Origin: Synechococcus sp. | Lineage (GTDB): Bacteria; Cyanobacteriota; Cyanobacteriia; PCC-6307; Cyanobiaceae | Direction: 5' to 3' | Assembly: GCA_047285535.1 (NCBI GenBank) | Contig: JBJBDC010000001.1 | Coordinates: 128,136-192,135, forward strand | DNA: 64,000 nucleotides | In this document: positions 18,941 to 29,781 of the stretch, piece after piece | How positions within the stretch are numbered: position 1 is the first letter of the stretch | Layout: each line of letters begins with the position of its first letter | The notes under the pieces: generated by a model | Seen by the model: only the letters and a program-made list of their open reading frames with translations | The model's database searches: none | What the model was told of the DNA's origin: nothing | Program-made: the position numbers and the translations under genes

Positions 18941-20581
18941 ATGGGCGCTTCCATGAATATTAAGACGGTATTGAATAGTCTTTCAAGGCAATCATTCCTT
19001 ACGTCATTGTTGGCACCGTTTCATTCGCGTGATGTTCGGATTGTGGTTGCCGCATCGGTTGCGATCAATCTGATTGTCCTAGCGATTCCTCTTTACATCA
19101 ATCGCATTTACACATCAGTCGTTCCTCAGCAGGCCAGCGACAGCCTCGCAGGCATCACTCTGCTTCTGGCTGCAGTTTTAGTTCTTGATGTTGTTCTCAA
19201 GGTGTTGCGTGCTTGGGTGGTGACTTGGCTGGCAGCCTCGACTGAACATCGTTTGCGAATGGTTGCCGTTCGTTCTGTGCTCGGGAGTGAGCCGAATGCC
19301 GTGCGCACACAACCTCTCAAGGCCAGGATGGCTCAGTTGCGCAGTCCAACTGTGTTGCGCAATCAACTTGAGCAGCAATGGCTGGTGCGTTATGTGGACC
19401 TTCCCTTCTCCTTGGTGTACTTGCTTTTTCTCGGGTTGATTGGCGGCTGGTTGATGATTCCCCCACTGGTTTTGGCACCTTTTTTTGTGCTTGTGGCACG
19501 GCGTGCCGCTTCCGACGTGGTGGCTAGCACACGAGCGCATCACGATCTGGAGGTCAGCCGAAATCAGATGGTGGTTAACGGGCTTGGACTTTCCCCCACG
19601 ATCAAGACACTCAATCTGGAGGGCTTTTTGATTCGACGGCTCGAACCCTTGCAGGAATCTCTTAGCCGGAGAAGTTATGAAAAAGAATCCGCAACGGCAA
19701 GACTTCAGAATCTCTCTGCCTTGTTTTCTCAACTCAACCAACTGCTCATCGTGAGTCTTGGTGCTTGGCTGGTGATACAGCAAGATCTTTCGACAGGTGC
19801 TCTTGCTGCCTGCACCTTGCTCAGTGGTCAAGTTGCAGCTCCTCTTGGCAAATTATTTGCAGCTGATGGTCAGCAGGCCGCTCTTGAGCAGGCCAATTAT
19901 GACTATCAGCAACTGATTGATCTTCCTCAGGAACAGAATCTTCTCGTCGGAGCTGATCAAACACCTATTGACACAACCTTGTCGTTTCTTGGCAAAGAAC
20001 TGCTACCTGGACAGCTCATGGTCCTTGTCGGTGGGCATCCTGGGCAGTCCACTGCGTTGCTTGATGCCATCCAGGTGGCTGAGGACAATCCTGTCTTAGG
20101 TCTTGCATTTGGAAAGCAATCGCTCTCGACATTCCGTAAAACCTGGCTGAGACGTTCCTTGGCTCGATTGAAATCCTCGCCAGAGCCATTCCGCGGCACC
20201 CTGCTTGAGTCGTTGACAGGCTTTGAGTTAAATACCCGATCTTCTGAAGTTGTGGCCTTATGTCAAGAGCATGGGGTGTCGTCTCTTATTCAGGCTCTGC
20301 CCAGGGGCTACAACACCACGATTGGAGAAAGCCAAGATTTTCCCCTTTCCCTCGGGTTGCGTTTTCGCATCAGTGTGATTCAGGCCTTGTTGGACAAGCC
20401 TTCGGTGTTGCTTTTGGATGGCACCTTCCCACAGCTCACTCCTGACTGTCTGAGTTGGTTTCTGTCTCTGAAGATTCCTTGTTCCAGACTGATCGCTTTG
20501 CAAAGGGCCATTCCAGGACTCCCCTCTGAAATGACCTGTCTTCAGTGGAACGGTGATCGGTTGCAGGAGGTGGCGTTGTGA
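18941..20581 (+). CDS. Type I secretion ABC transporter (TMD plus degenerate NBD)
   Basis: HlyB/PrtD-like TMD (INLIVLAIPLYINRIY, DLPF, LSTGALAACTLLS). The NBD remnant has ALPRGYNTTIGE, LSLG and LLLDG. Walker A reads GGHPGQST. Confidence 0.85.
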   Translation: MGASMNIKTVLNSLSRQSFLTSLLAPFHSRDVRIVVAASVAINLIVLAIPLYINRIYTSVVPQQASDSLAGITLLLAAVLVLDVVLKVLRAWVVTWLAASTEHRLRMVAVRSVLGSEPNAVRTQPLKARMAQLRSPTVLRNQLEQQWLVRYVDLPFSLVYLLFLGLIGGWLMIPPLVLAPFFVLVARRAASDVVASTRAHHDLEVSRNQMVVNGLGLSPTIKTLNLEGFLIRRLEPLQESLSRRSYEKESATARLQNLSALFSQLNQLLIVSLGAWLVIQQDLSTGALAACTLLSGQVAAPLGKLFAADGQQAALEQANYDYQQLIDLPQEQNLLVGADQTPIDTTLSFLGKELLPGQLMVLVGGHPGQSTALLDAIQVAEDNPVLGLAFGKQSLSTFRKTWLRRSLARLKSSPEPFRGTLLESLTGFELNTRSSEVVALCQEHGVSSLIQALPRGYNTTIGESQDFPLSLGLRFRISVIQALLDKPSVLLLDGTFPQLTPDCLSWFLSLKIPCSRLIALQRAIPGLPSEMTCLQWNGDRLQEVAL

Positions 20582-22716
20582 TCTCCCGCGATGTGTTCTT
20601 CCAGAGGCTCTCTGAAAGTGAATCTTCATCCGCCAGGCTTCTGCCAAAGCTTCTTGATGCTCTGGCATGGTCAGGTGAACTTGTTCAGCTGCGCAATGCT
20701 CTGAGTGGTAGTCCGCTCCACATGGATGGAGTTGATCTTCTCAATACTCTTGCCAATCTTGGTTTCCGATGGGATGTGCGGCGTTTTCGTGGTGTACTTA
20801 CCCCTGAACGTCTACCTCCTCTCGACTTCCCTGTTCTGATTCGCTCGCAGTTCAGCAGTTCTTTTCAGTTGGTCGAAAATGAAGAGGAGCTTCGTCAGGC
20901 TTTGCCGAACCTGCGTCGTCTTTTTGTCTATAGCTTTCGATTCGAGCCGCAGAGATTGGCAGAACAGCGCCAGTGGTTTCAAGCGCTTGTGCTCCGTTTT
21001 CGCGGCAGCATCGCTGAGCTTTACGTGATGAGCCTGCTGATCGCTCTGCTCACGTTAGTTCTGCCCTTTTACATTCGAGCGGTTTACAACCTGGAGATTC
21101 CCGGCGGTCAGATGGGCGATTTGCTGGGGCTTCTTCCCTTTGCACTTCTCGGTGTTCTGCTGCAGGTTTGGTTGACAAACCGCCGTCAGGTTCGGCTTGC
21201 TGATCTTGGCGCTGAGCTTGACATCACGATCAGTATTCGAGTGCTTGAGAAGCTGATGTTGTTGCGTTTACCACAGTTGGAGCGGTACACGCCTCTCTCG
21301 CTTGCGAGTCGTCTACGCAGTTTTCAGGGTCTTCGTTCCTATGTCACAGGGCCTTTGGCTCAAGCCGCTTTGGACCTCCCTTTCATCGTGATTTATCTGA
21401 TCGCGATAGCAGTGATGAGTGTTCCTCTCATGGTGCTCACATTGGTGATGGTCCTAGTTTGTTTTGGTGGAGTTTATTTGGTGGGTCGGATTGCTCGCTC
21501 TATCCAGCAGCCTTTGAGCCGTAACCCCTCCAATCTTGAGCCATTACTTCTCGATCTTCTTGATCATTACGAGCGAATCAAGCGGACCGGTATGGAACGG
21601 ATCTGGCATGCACGCATCGAAAGGGCATCGTCCGAAAGCGCTATTCAAGGTCTTGGTCCGATGCGCCTGCAACAGTTGTTGGCCATTCTCACCGGAGAGT
21701 TTTCTCAGCTCACGGGGGCACTGGTGCTTGCTACGGGCGCAGGGCTCGCGATTGCTGGTGGCAGCGGTATCGAACTGGGCACCATGATTGCGGCAATGTT
21801 TTTCGTCTGGCGTGTGTTTCGGCCGATCCAGATGGGTTATCAGGCCCTCAGTCGCTGGTCGCAGATCAAGCCCAACCTTGATCAACTCAACCGTTTCATG
21901 GCGGCTTCAGATGTTGAGCCCAGTACAACAGTCAGCCAACCCTGGGTTCTGCCAATGCCGGCTGGTCAGGTGGAATTTCAAAATGTCACCTTGCGCCTCA
22001 ATGCTCTGCAGGAACCATCGTTGACACAGGTCAATTTCAAGATAGATGCGGGCAATCTCGTTGTGATTACGGGCCCTGAGGGAGCAGGTACGTCTTCGGT
22101 TCTTCGCTTGCTGGATGGGCAGATTCAACCTGGAAGTGGTGTGATTCGCATCGATGGAACTGACTCGCGTCAGTTTCCATTGATGCAGTTACGACAATCC
22201 ATTGATTTCCTGTCGGACCGTCCCGGTGTGTTCTCGGCCACGTTGCGCGAAAACATGCGAATCGCTGATCCATTTGCTGACGATGCCTTAATCATCAAGA
22301 GCCTTGAATCCATGGGGCTTCAAGTTCTCCTTGAAAACTCCGGATTAGATCGACCTCTTGGAATGAGCGGTAGGGATGCTCTGCCTCTGCATCAACTTCA
22401 AGCCGTTGCGATTGCAAGGATGTTGCTGAAGGAGCAGTCCATTTTCCTTCTTGATCATCCGTTCCGCCTGCTTGATCAACAAGGCTCTGATGCGCTCCTC
22501 CGCCTTTTTGAACAGCGTCGAGGTCAGATCACCATGATCGTTGCTTCAGATGAGCCTCGTTTGCTTGAAATTGCAGACCAAATCATTTTGATGAAGGCAG
22601 GCACTGTGAGTTTCTCTGGTACACCTCAGGATCTAATGGCTGCTCAGAAAAAAGCTGCTATGCAACAAGCTGCAATGGCTGCGATGGGTGGTGGCTCGTC
22701 GCTAGGAACGTCATGA
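20578..22716 (+). CDS. Type I secretion ABC transporter with N-terminal C39-like extension (degenerate NBD)
   Basis: GTG start overlaps the upstream TGA, with AGGAGG just before it. The TMD has DLPF and GTMIAAMFFVWR. NBD motifs read GPEGAGTS, AIARMLL and FLLDHP. Confidence 0.85.
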   Translation: MISRDVFFQRLSESESSSARLLPKLLDALAWSGELVQLRNALSGSPLHMDGVDLLNTLANLGFRWDVRRFRGVLTPERLPPLDFPVLIRSQFSSSFQLVENEEELRQALPNLRRLFVYSFRFEPQRLAEQRQWFQALVLRFRGSIAELYVMSLLIALLTLVLPFYIRAVYNLEIPGGQMGDLLGLLPFALLGVLLQVWLTNRRQVRLADLGAELDITISIRVLEKLMLLRLPQLERYTPLSLASRLRSFQGLRSYVTGPLAQAALDLPFIVIYLIAIAVMSVPLMVLTLVMVLVCFGGVYLVGRIARSIQQPLSRNPSNLEPLLLDLLDHYERIKRTGMERIWHARIERASSESAIQGLGPMRLQQLLAILTGEFSQLTGALVLATGAGLAIAGGSGIELGTMIAAMFFVWRVFRPIQMGYQALSRWSQIKPNLDQLNRFMAASDVEPSTTVSQPWVLPMPAGQVEFQNVTLRLNALQEPSLTQVNFKIDAGNLVVITGPEGAGTSSVLRLLDGQIQPGSGVIRIDGTDSRQFPLMQLRQSIDFLSDRPGVFSATLRENMRIADPFADDALIIKSLESMGLQVLLENSGLDRPLGMSGRDALPLHQLQAVAIARMLLKEQSIFLLDHPFRLLDQQGSDALLRLFEQRRGQITMIVASDEPRLLEIADQIILMKAGTVSFSGTPQDLMAAQKKAAMQQAAMAAMGGGSSLGTS

Positions 22717-22757
22717 GTCGTTGTTGATCCCAGCGCCACAAGTTTTCTATCGCTTCT

Positions 22758-24134
22758 TTGACGATGTCGAGCTCTTCATCTACGTCTCCTTCTTCAACAA
22801 TGACTGATTCAAAGTCGCAGTCCGAGGCCTCTTTATGGCAAATGCAGGCTGATGAAACAGACCAAGCCTTTGGGCATGGTCGTCGTGCCGAAGCTTTGTC
22901 TCTTGAAGCGGGTCAAGTCCCTCCAAATTTGACTCGATGGTTGCTTGGTACTACGGCTGTGATGGCTGGATCTGTTCTTGTTTCGGCTTTGATTCCCATT
23001 CAGAATTACGTTGTGGCCTCAGGGGAGATAGAGCCAGCTGGAGAGATCCAGAAGGTGCAGCATTTAGAAGGCGGAATTATTCGTGCTCAGTTAGTTGAGG
23101 AGGGTGAGAAGGTTCGAAGTGGTGAAGTATTGCTCAAGCTCAGTGAAGGGCAGATTGGATCACAGCAGCAGCAGACGGCGACGCGTGTCACCAATCTCAC
23201 GTTGGAACAGCGTGAGCTACGTAAAGCGCTCGGTCAGGAGGCTCTCAATACTGATGTTCCTACTCCATCGTCACCATCTGAAGAGGTCGCGAGGGCCTTT
23301 TCTGATTTGCTCAAGCAAAAAGCACTTGATATTCAACGCCAAATTGATGTTGCTGATCAGCGTCTTGCCACTCTTCAGGCCAAACGAGAGGAATATCTCG
23401 ATGAAGTCGCTCTTCTGAAGGAGCAAACCAAATCCTATGAATTCCTCGATAATCAAGGGGCAATTTCTCATAACGATGTACTAGAGGCTGAACGCAGAAT
23501 CGCTTCAACCGAAACACTGCTTGCCGAACTCGATGGCACGATTAAAGAAACTGAGACGCAACGATTTGAGCTTCGTTCCAAGTTGCGTACCGATATTCTT
23601 GAGCAATTGGCTGATGTCACGAGTGAAAAAGCAGAGTTGCAGAGCGTTCTCGGTGAGCAACTTGATGCAGTAGAGCGTTTACAAGTGCGCTCCCCAGTTG
23701 ATGGAATTGTCAAGTCCTATACGGTGAAAACGCTGGGCGGTGTTATTGCGCCTGGCAGTGTTGTTGCAGAAGTTGTGCCTGTAGGTGATCAACTTGAAGG
23801 ATTTCTACGTGTCAAACCTGCTGATATTGGCAATGTTCAGAAAGGCCAGAGGGTGCAGCTCAAGGTGTTGGCTTATGACTACAGCCGTTACGGAACAATC
23901 CCAGGTGTAGTTAGATCAATTTCTGCGAGCACGTTTCAAGATGAAAAGACTGGCGAGCCCTATTACAAAGTCCGTGCTGCATTGTCGCGTGATTATGCAG
24001 GCAAGAATGAAGGCTTAAATCTTTTGGTTCCTGGTATGACTCTTACGGCTGACATCCTCACGGATCGTACTAATTTGCTGATGTATTTATTGGGGCCTAT
24101 CAGGCATGGGCTTGGCAACGCTCTTCACGAATAA
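22758..24134 (+). CDS. HlyD-family type I secretion membrane fusion protein
   Basis: Single N-terminal TM. Motifs VQHLEGGI, VRSPVDGIV, GGVIAPG, YDYSRYGTIPG, PGMTLTADI and YLLGPI. The start may be the ATG at 22764 or 22800. Confidence 0.92.
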   Translation: MTMSSSSSTSPSSTMTDSKSQSEASLWQMQADETDQAFGHGRRAEALSLEAGQVPPNLTRWLLGTTAVMAGSVLVSALIPIQNYVVASGEIEPAGEIQKVQHLEGGIIRAQLVEEGEKVRSGEVLLKLSEGQIGSQQQQTATRVTNLTLEQRELRKALGQEALNTDVPTPSSPSEEVARAFSDLLKQKALDIQRQIDVADQRLATLQAKREEYLDEVALLKEQTKSYEFLDNQGAISHNDVLEAERRIASTETLLAELDGTIKETETQRFELRSKLRTDILEQLADVTSEKAELQSVLGEQLDAVERLQVRSPVDGIVKSYTVKTLGGVIAPGSVVAEVVPVGDQLEGFLRVKPADIGNVQKGQRVQLKVLAYDYSRYGTIPGVVRSISASTFQDEKTGEPYYKVRAALSRDYAGKNEGLNLLVPGMTLTADILTDRTNLLMYLLGPIRHGLGNALHE

Positions 24135-24321
24135 TGCCATGATTAGATGCTGTCATATCTGATTTAAACCTTTTTAATCAGGAGTTCAAATATATTGAAT
24201 AGCAGTAAGCTTCTGGTAACAGTAATTTGAGGCTGGTTTGAGTATTGCTGCTGATCGATTTGTTTTGCTCTTGCTTTTGATGGGGTTTTCTTTGTGTGTT
24301 TTGAATGAAATTGATGGCCAA

Positions 24322-24350
24322 TAAAAAACCCTCGCTGTAAAGCGAGGGTT
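24322..24350 (-). terminator. Rho-independent terminator of psbDC
   Basis: Perfect 10-bp stem AACCCTCGCT / AGCGAGGGTT with a 4-nt loop, followed by a T-run on the minus strand just downstream of psbC. Confidence 0.85.
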
Positions 24351-24383
24351 GATGATATAGGCGAATTAATGATTAATGGATCA

Positions 24384-25772
24384 TTAGTCGAGATCAGGCA
24401 TTGCCAAGGTGGGTTCTGCTTGACGATCGATTCCTTTTTCAAAACCGGCAGCCGCCGCGCGGGCCCGGCCTGCATGCCAGAGGTGACCAACCAGGAAGAA
24501 GAAGGCGAGCACGAACTGAGCTGCACCCAACCACTGGCGAAGGTTCACGAAGTTCACCGAGTTTGGTTCGGTGATAATGCCTCCAACAGAGTTGAGTGAG
24601 GCATTAGGGGCGTGAGTCATATATTCAGCGGCCCGGCGAACCTGCCAAGGCTGAATATCATTCTGAAGTTTGTCGAGACTGAGGCCATTGGGTCCGCGTA
24701 ACGGCTCCAGCCAAGGACCACGAAAATCCCAGAAACGCATGGTCTCTCCACCAAAGATGATCTCACCCGTCGGGGAGCGCATCAGGTACTTACCAAGACC
24801 TGTTGGGCCCATGGCCGAACCGATGTTGGCTCCCATTCGTTGGTCACGGACTAGAAAAGTGAAACTCTGGGCTTGGGAGGCTTCTGCGTTGGTTGGACCC
24901 CAGAATTCGGAGGGATAGGCGGTGTTGTTGAACCAGATAAAGGCAGAACAAACGAAACTCATGAAGCTGAGAGCTCCAAGGCTGTAGCTCAGATAAGCCT
25001 CACCGTTCCAGATGAAGGCGCGTCGCACCCAGCCGAAAGGCTTGGTAATGACATGCCAAATTCCACCGAAAATGCAGGTCAGGCCGAGCCAGATGTGGCC
25101 ACCGATGATGTCCTCCATGGAGTTCACACCAATGATCCAGCCCTCACCTCCAAAGGGAGCTCTGAAGAGATAACCGAAAATGACACCCGGATCGAGGGTG
25201 GGATTGGTGATCAAACGAACGTCACCGCCTCCGGGTGCCCAAGTGTCATAGACACCACCGAAAAACATCGCCTTGAAGACGAGAAGCAGACAACCCACTC
25301 CTAGAAGAATCAAGTGATAGCCAATGATGTTGGTCATCTGATTCTTGTCTCTCCAGTCCTGGGAGAAGAACGTGGAGTAGTTCTCGAGAATCTCAGGACC
25401 ACGAATAGCGTGATAGAGACCTCCTAAACCAAGAACGGCTGAGCTGATCAGGTGCAGAACACCGACGACAAAGAAGGGGAAGAGATCAGTGACCTCACCG
25501 CCAGGACCAACGCCATAGCCAAGGGTGGCGACGTGGGGCATGCAAATGAACCCCTGCTCGTACATAGGCTTGTCGAAGGTGAAATGACTCACCTCAAAAA
25601 GCATCATGGCGCCAGCCCAGAACACCATCAGACCAGCGTGGGCGACGTGGGCACCCAGCAGACGGCCAGACAGATTGATTAGACGAGCGTTACCGGCCCA
25701 CCAGGCAAAGCCGGTGGAGTCGAGGTCTTTACCGCCAGTGGCGATAAGACCGGAATTAAAGGGCGTTTCCAC
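24384..25772 (-). CDS. psbC: Photosystem II CP43 protein
   Basis: [17 protein letters not shown]...LAMPDLD. The GTG start (VETPFN) overlaps the end of psbD by 17 nt, as is canonical. Confidence 0.99.
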   Translation of the reverse strand: METPFNSGLIATGGKDLDSTGFAWWAGNARLINLSGRLLGAHVAHAGLMVFWAGAMMLFEVSHFTFDKPMYEQGFICMPHVATLGYGVGPGGEVTDLFPFFVVGVLHLISSAVLGLGGLYHAIRGPEILENYSTFFSQDWRDKNQMTNIIGYHLILLGVGCLLLVFKAMFFGGVYDTWAPGGGDVRLITNPTLDPGVIFGYLFRAPFGGEGWIIGVNSMEDIIGGHIWLGLTCIFGGIWHVITKPFGWVRRAFIWNGEAYLSYSLGALSFMSFVCSAFIWFNNTAYPSEFWGPTNAEASQAQSFTFLVRDQRMGANIGSAMGPTGLGKYLMRSPTGEIIFGGETMRFWDFRGPWLEPLRGPNGLSLDKLQNDIQPWQVRRAAEYMTHAPNASLNSVGGIITEPNSVNFVNLRQWLGAAQFVLAFFFLVGHLWHAGRARAAAAGFEKGIDRQAEPTLAMPDLD

Positions 25773-26811
25773 GGGGCAGAACCTCTTCAGGGAAGACGAA
25801 GTTTTCGTGCGGCTGGTCAGCCGGTGCCATCCAGGCACGCAGACCTTCATTCAGAAGAACATTCTTCGTGTAGAAGGTTTCAAATTCAGGATCCTCAGCA
25901 GCGCGAATTTCCTGTGATACGAAGTCGTAGGCACGCAAGTTGAACGCTAAGCCGATGATGCCGATGGAGCTGGTCCACATCCCCATCACTGGCACAAACA
26001 ACATGAAGAAGTGCAGCCAACGCTTGTTGGAGAACGCAATTCCGAAGATTTGGCTCCAGAAACGGTTGGCGGTGACCATGGAATAGGTCTCTTCTTCCTG
26101 GGTGGGTTCAAACGCCTTAAAGGTGTTCGACTGTTCACCATCCTCAAACAATGTGTTTTCCACCGTGGCGCCATGAATGGCGCAAAGCAGTGCACCGCCA
26201 AGAATGCCGGCCACACCCATCATGTGAAATGGATTCAGGGTCCAGTTATGAAAGCCCTGGAGGAACAGCAGGAAGCGGAAAATTGCAGCCACACCAAAGG
26301 AGGGTGCAAAGAACCAGCTGCTCTGTCCCAGGGGATACATCAGGAAGACACTGACGAACACCGCAATCGGACCGGAGAAGGCGATTGCGTTGTAAGGACG
26401 AATACCGACCAGACGGGCAATTTCGAACTGACGCAGCATGAAGCCGATCAAGGCGAAGGCGCCGTGGAGTGCAACGAACGACCAGAGGCCTCCAAGCTGA
26501 CACCAGCGGACAAAATCACCCTGGGCTTCCGGGCCCCAGAGCAAGAGCAGACTGTGACCCATCGCATCAGCGGGGGAGGACACAGCAGCAGTCAAAAAGT
26601 TGCAACCCTCGAGATACGACGACGCAATGCCGTGGGTATACCAGGAAGTTACAAACGTGGTTCCCGTTAACCAGCCACCAATCGAGAGGTAGGCCGTGGG
26701 GAAGAGAAGAATGCCGGACCAGCCGACAAAAACGAAACGGTCGCGTTTAAGCCAGTCATCGAGGACGTCGAACCATCCCCGCTGCGGCATGCGACCTGCA
26801 GCGATCGTCAT
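25756..26811 (-). CDS. psbD: Photosystem II D2 protein
   Basis: [30 protein letters not shown]...[10 protein letters not shown]. Confidence 0.99.
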   Translation of the reverse strand: MTIAAGRMPQRGWFDVLDDWLKRDRFVFVGWSGILLFPTAYLSIGGWLTGTTFVTSWYTHGIASSYLEGCNFLTAAVSSPADAMGHSLLLLWGPEAQGDFVRWCQLGGLWSFVALHGAFALIGFMLRQFEIARLVGIRPYNAIAFSGPIAVFVSVFLMYPLGQSSWFFAPSFGVAAIFRFLLFLQGFHNWTLNPFHMMGVAGILGGALLCAIHGATVENTLFEDGEQSNTFKAFEPTQEEETYSMVTANRFWSQIFGIAFSNKRWLHFFMLFVPVMGMWTSSIGIIGLAFNLRAYDFVSQEIRAAEDPEFETFYTKNVLLNEGLRAWMAPADQPHENFVFPEEVLPRGNAL

Positions 26812-27030
26812 GAGTTGAACGGTGCGGTTAACCCGCATGCAGTGGTTTCCTGGCGACCTTAACAATGTTGTTGGGTGGTTCGGGGTTTAGATGGCTCAGC
26901 TGAAACCCGTTGTATCGGAATGAATCTTCTGGCTTTCTTTTGATTTGCTGCTTCGTTTCGTGGCAGTGCTTTGTCGAGAGCGCCATTCAAAGGGTTCGCG
27001 GTCCACAATGGACTTTGATTTCGGGCTTAG

Positions 27031-27567
27031 ATGACCGCTGACCTGCTCGAACAATCCGTCCTCGGCTCGCGCCGGCTTTCGAACATTTTTGTTGCTTCGA
27101 TGGTCACCATCGGAGGCCTTGGGTTCCTGTTCGCTTCTCTCTCCAGCTATTTAGGCCGGGACCTGCTTCCACTCGGTCATCCAGCCGGATTGGTATTTGT
27201 TCCCCAGGGCTTGGTCATGGGGCTTTACAGCCTCGCGGCAGCTTTTCTCGCCACGTATCTCTGGGCTGTCATCGCTATTGATGTTGGTGCAGGTAGTAAT
27301 CGTTTTGATCGCTCCGCTGGTGTGGTGACTATTTCAAGGCGTGGATTTCGTAAGCCCATCAGCGTGGAGATTCCTTTGAAGGACATCCAGGCGGTGAAAG
27401 TTGAGGTGAGAGATGGATTCAATACACGTCGGCGCGTCTCTCTTCGCGTTCAGGGCCGACGAGATATGCCCCTAACCCGCGTGGGAGAACCTCTCCCCCT
27501 GGCGCAATTGGAACAGGATGGGGCTGAGCTGGCTCGTTTTTTAGGTGTGAATCTCGAAGGACTCTGA
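27031..27567 (+). CDS. ycf4: Photosystem I assembly protein Ycf4
   Basis: [33 protein letters not shown]. Position next to psbD is typical. Confidence 0.97.
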   Translation: MTADLLEQSVLGSRRLSNIFVASMVTIGGLGFLFASLSSYLGRDLLPLGHPAGLVFVPQGLVMGLYSLAAAFLATYLWAVIAIDVGAGSNRFDRSAGVVTISRRGFRKPISVEIPLKDIQAVKVEVRDGFNTRRRVSLRVQGRRDMPLTRVGEPLPLAQLEQDGAELARFLGVNLEGL

Positions 27568-27574
27568 ATTTCTT

Positions 27575-28264
27575 ATGCAACGCTTCTCTCCACACAAGCT
27601 TGTCTCTCTCGCGTTCTGCTTATTGCTTCTGGTTGGTTGTGCTCCGTCGACTACAGCGTCTGTCCCCGCGGGTTGTAGCCAGTCCAGCAGTCCTTGCCTT
27701 CAAGGTAAAGCCACGGTTGCGCTGACCACTGCCCGTGGGGAGGTCACCCTTGAACTTGATGGGGATGCAGCACCCGTGACGGCGGGTAACTTTGTCGATC
27801 TCGTTAAGCGTGGGGTTTACGACGGCACTGTGTTTCACAGGGTGATTCGTGAGCCAGTGCCATTTGTTGTGCAAGGAGGTGACCCTGCATCAAGTGATCC
27901 CACCACCTTGAAATCTCAGTACGGAACAGGAAGTTTTATTGATGTAAATAGCGGTCAGGCTCGATTTATTCCTCTTGAGTTGTCTTACAAAAATGAGGAT
28001 CAGCCGCGATACAGCCGTGTGAGTACCAATCCAAGTGATATCGAACAGCTCAAGTTGAGTCATCAGCGCGGTGCCCTGGCGATGGCTCGCTCCCAATCTC
28101 CCGATTCAGCCAGTGCTCAGTTCTATATCGCCCTGCGACCTCTCCCAGAACTGGATGGCCGTTATGCCGTCTTTGGACGCGTGACCAAGGGATTGGATGT
28201 GGTGGATCAAATTCAACAGGATGACAAATTAATCAAAGCAAAGCTCCTCACGCCAGGCCTTTGA
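27575..28264 (+). CDS. Cyclophilin-type peptidyl-prolyl cis-trans isomerase (probable lipoprotein)
   Basis: APVTAGNFVDL, FHRVI, QGGDP, GALAMARS, SAQFYI, YAVFG. Lipobox-like LVGC. Confidence 0.93.
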   Translation: MQRFSPHKLVSLAFCLLLLVGCAPSTTASVPAGCSQSSSPCLQGKATVALTTARGEVTLELDGDAAPVTAGNFVDLVKRGVYDGTVFHRVIREPVPFVVQGGDPASSDPTTLKSQYGTGSFIDVNSGQARFIPLELSYKNEDQPRYSRVSTNPSDIEQLKLSHQRGALAMARSQSPDSASAQFYIALRPLPELDGRYAVFGRVTKGLDVVDQIQQDDKLIKAKLLTPGL

Positions 28265-28273
28265 ACTCAGGCC

Positions 28274-28804
28274 TTAAGCGGGCACTCTTCCACCACTGAC
28301 GGAAGCTTTCAACAATTCAGTGTTGACCCCGGAAGCTCTTTCAAGGGCCACTTTCCCTGTGCGTGCAATCTCCAAAATTCCATAGGGGGTCATCAGGGTT
28401 TCGAGAGCAACTAATTTGCCTGGATCTCCAACCACTTCAAGGGTTAGAGCGTCATCGGCAACATCAACCACCTTGGCTCGGAAGATTTGAACCAATTCAA
28501 GGATCGCGCTCCGTTGTGCCGCTGGTGCCGAAACCTTCATCAGCATCAGTTCTCGCTCCACCGCAGGGAGTTGTGAGAGATCCAGCACCTGCAGCACATT
28601 GACCAACTTGTCGAGCTGTTTGGTCATCTGTTGGAGGGTTTGTTCATCGCCTTCCACCACCATGGTCAGACGGGAGTGGCCGTTGGTTTCAGCGGGGCCG
28701 ACGGCAAGGCTGTCGATGTTGAAGCCACGTCTGGCAAAGAGGCCTGCGATTCGGCTCAGAGCGCCGGATTCGTCCTCCACCAGGACGGACAGGGTGTGCT
28801 TCAT
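28274..28804 (-). CDS. ilvN: Acetolactate synthase small (regulatory) subunit
   Basis: [36 protein letters not shown]. Confidence 0.97.
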   Translation of the reverse strand: MKHTLSVLVEDESGALSRIAGLFARRGFNIDSLAVGPAETNGHSRLTMVVEGDEQTLQQMTKQLDKLVNVLQVLDLSQLPAVERELMLMKVSAPAAQRSAILELVQIFRAKVVDVADDALTLEVVGDPGKLVALETLMTPYGILEIARTGKVALERASGVNTELLKASVSGGRVPA

Positions 28805-29781
28805 GCCCGTTGCTGTGTTTCCAGCGCTCTTGTTCTTCCCAAATTAAGGTCCAGCCAGCACGACAGCTCTTGATGGAAGAGTTCAGGGGTCTCATCGTGC
28901 GGACAATGCCCGCTGCCTTCGAGCACGCTTAGCTTCAGCCATGGATGCTGCAGCTTCAATTGCTCGCCGATCAATGAGGGAACAAAACAGTCCTGACGTC
29001 CCCAAAGAAGTAGTAAAGGGATGTCATCTCCGTGTTCGGCGAAACGTTCAAGCAAAGCGGGTGCTGTAGCCCCACGTGGGCGTAAGGCCATCCCCACACA
29101 CATAGCCCGCAGACTGCGTGCGGCTGTGCGGCGACGGGCCGGTTTGGCAATCAGCTGATGTAATTCCCTGTCGTTCCGGATGGAGCGTGAATAAGCTCCT
29201 TGAAGGCCAAATCGCAGCAAAGCGGTATGGCTAATCAAGGGAATGAGAAGTTCGAGGGGAAGAAGACGGCAGAGCAATTCAATGATTCGAGGACGAAAAC
29301 GGCGGACCAGGCGTGATTGTCGTCGAGGGACCGGTTTGATCAAGGCTGGATCCGGTAGCGGTGCCGCAACCACGGCGATCACCAAATCAGGCCGAAAGAC
29401 TGCAGCGGTAAGGGCGGTGAGACCCCCCAGAGAATTGCCAATCAAAACAGCCGGTTGCTGAACCACCTGTTCAAGGAAGGCTGCTAACTGCCGTGCCCAG
29501 AGACGGTTGTCCAAGCGGATCTGGGGATGAAGTCCTGGTTGATCCGAGCTGCCGAAGCCAATCAAATCAAGGCCGTAGACCCGATATCCATCCTTCACCA
29601 GTGGGGCTGCGTTATGTCGCCAATGGCAGCTGCTTGCACCAAAGCCATGCAAGAGCACCATTGCTGGAGATTGAGGGTCGCCAAGTACACGCCAGTGACA
29701 GCGGTAGCCGTTCCAAATCCATTCGGCACTTTCACCCCAATCGGCGCCGTTGGAGGCAGGCTGGAGAGCGATTGCTTGCAC
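28801..29781 (-). CDS. Alpha/beta-fold hydrolase
   Basis: LLHGFGA, DLIGFG, GNSLGG nucleophile elbow, GHCPHDE. Confidence 0.9.
   Translation of the reverse strand: MQAIALQPASNGADWGESAEWIWNGYRCHWRVLGDPQSPAMVLLHGFGASSCHWRHNAAPLVKDGYRVYGLDLIGFGSSDQPGLHPQIRLDNRLWARQLAAFLEQVVQQPAVLIGNSLGGLTALTAAVFRPDLVIAVVAAPLPDPALIKPVPRRQSRLVRRFRPRIIELLCRLLPLELLIPLISHTALLRFGLQGAYSRSIRNDRELHQLIAKPARRRTAARSLRAMCVGMALRPRGATAPALLERFAEHGDDIPLLLLWGRQDCFVPSLIGEQLKLQHPWLKLSVLEGSGHCPHDETPELFHQELSCWLDLNLGRTRALETQQRA

Noticed and set aside
24164..24526. 120-aa minus-strand ORF past psbC
   Set aside because: It overlaps psbC out of frame, runs through the terminator and has no motif.
25773..26865. Longer ORF-track starts for psbC (25850) and psbD (26865)
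   Set aside because: The known N-termini fit the GTG at 25772 and the ATG at 26811.
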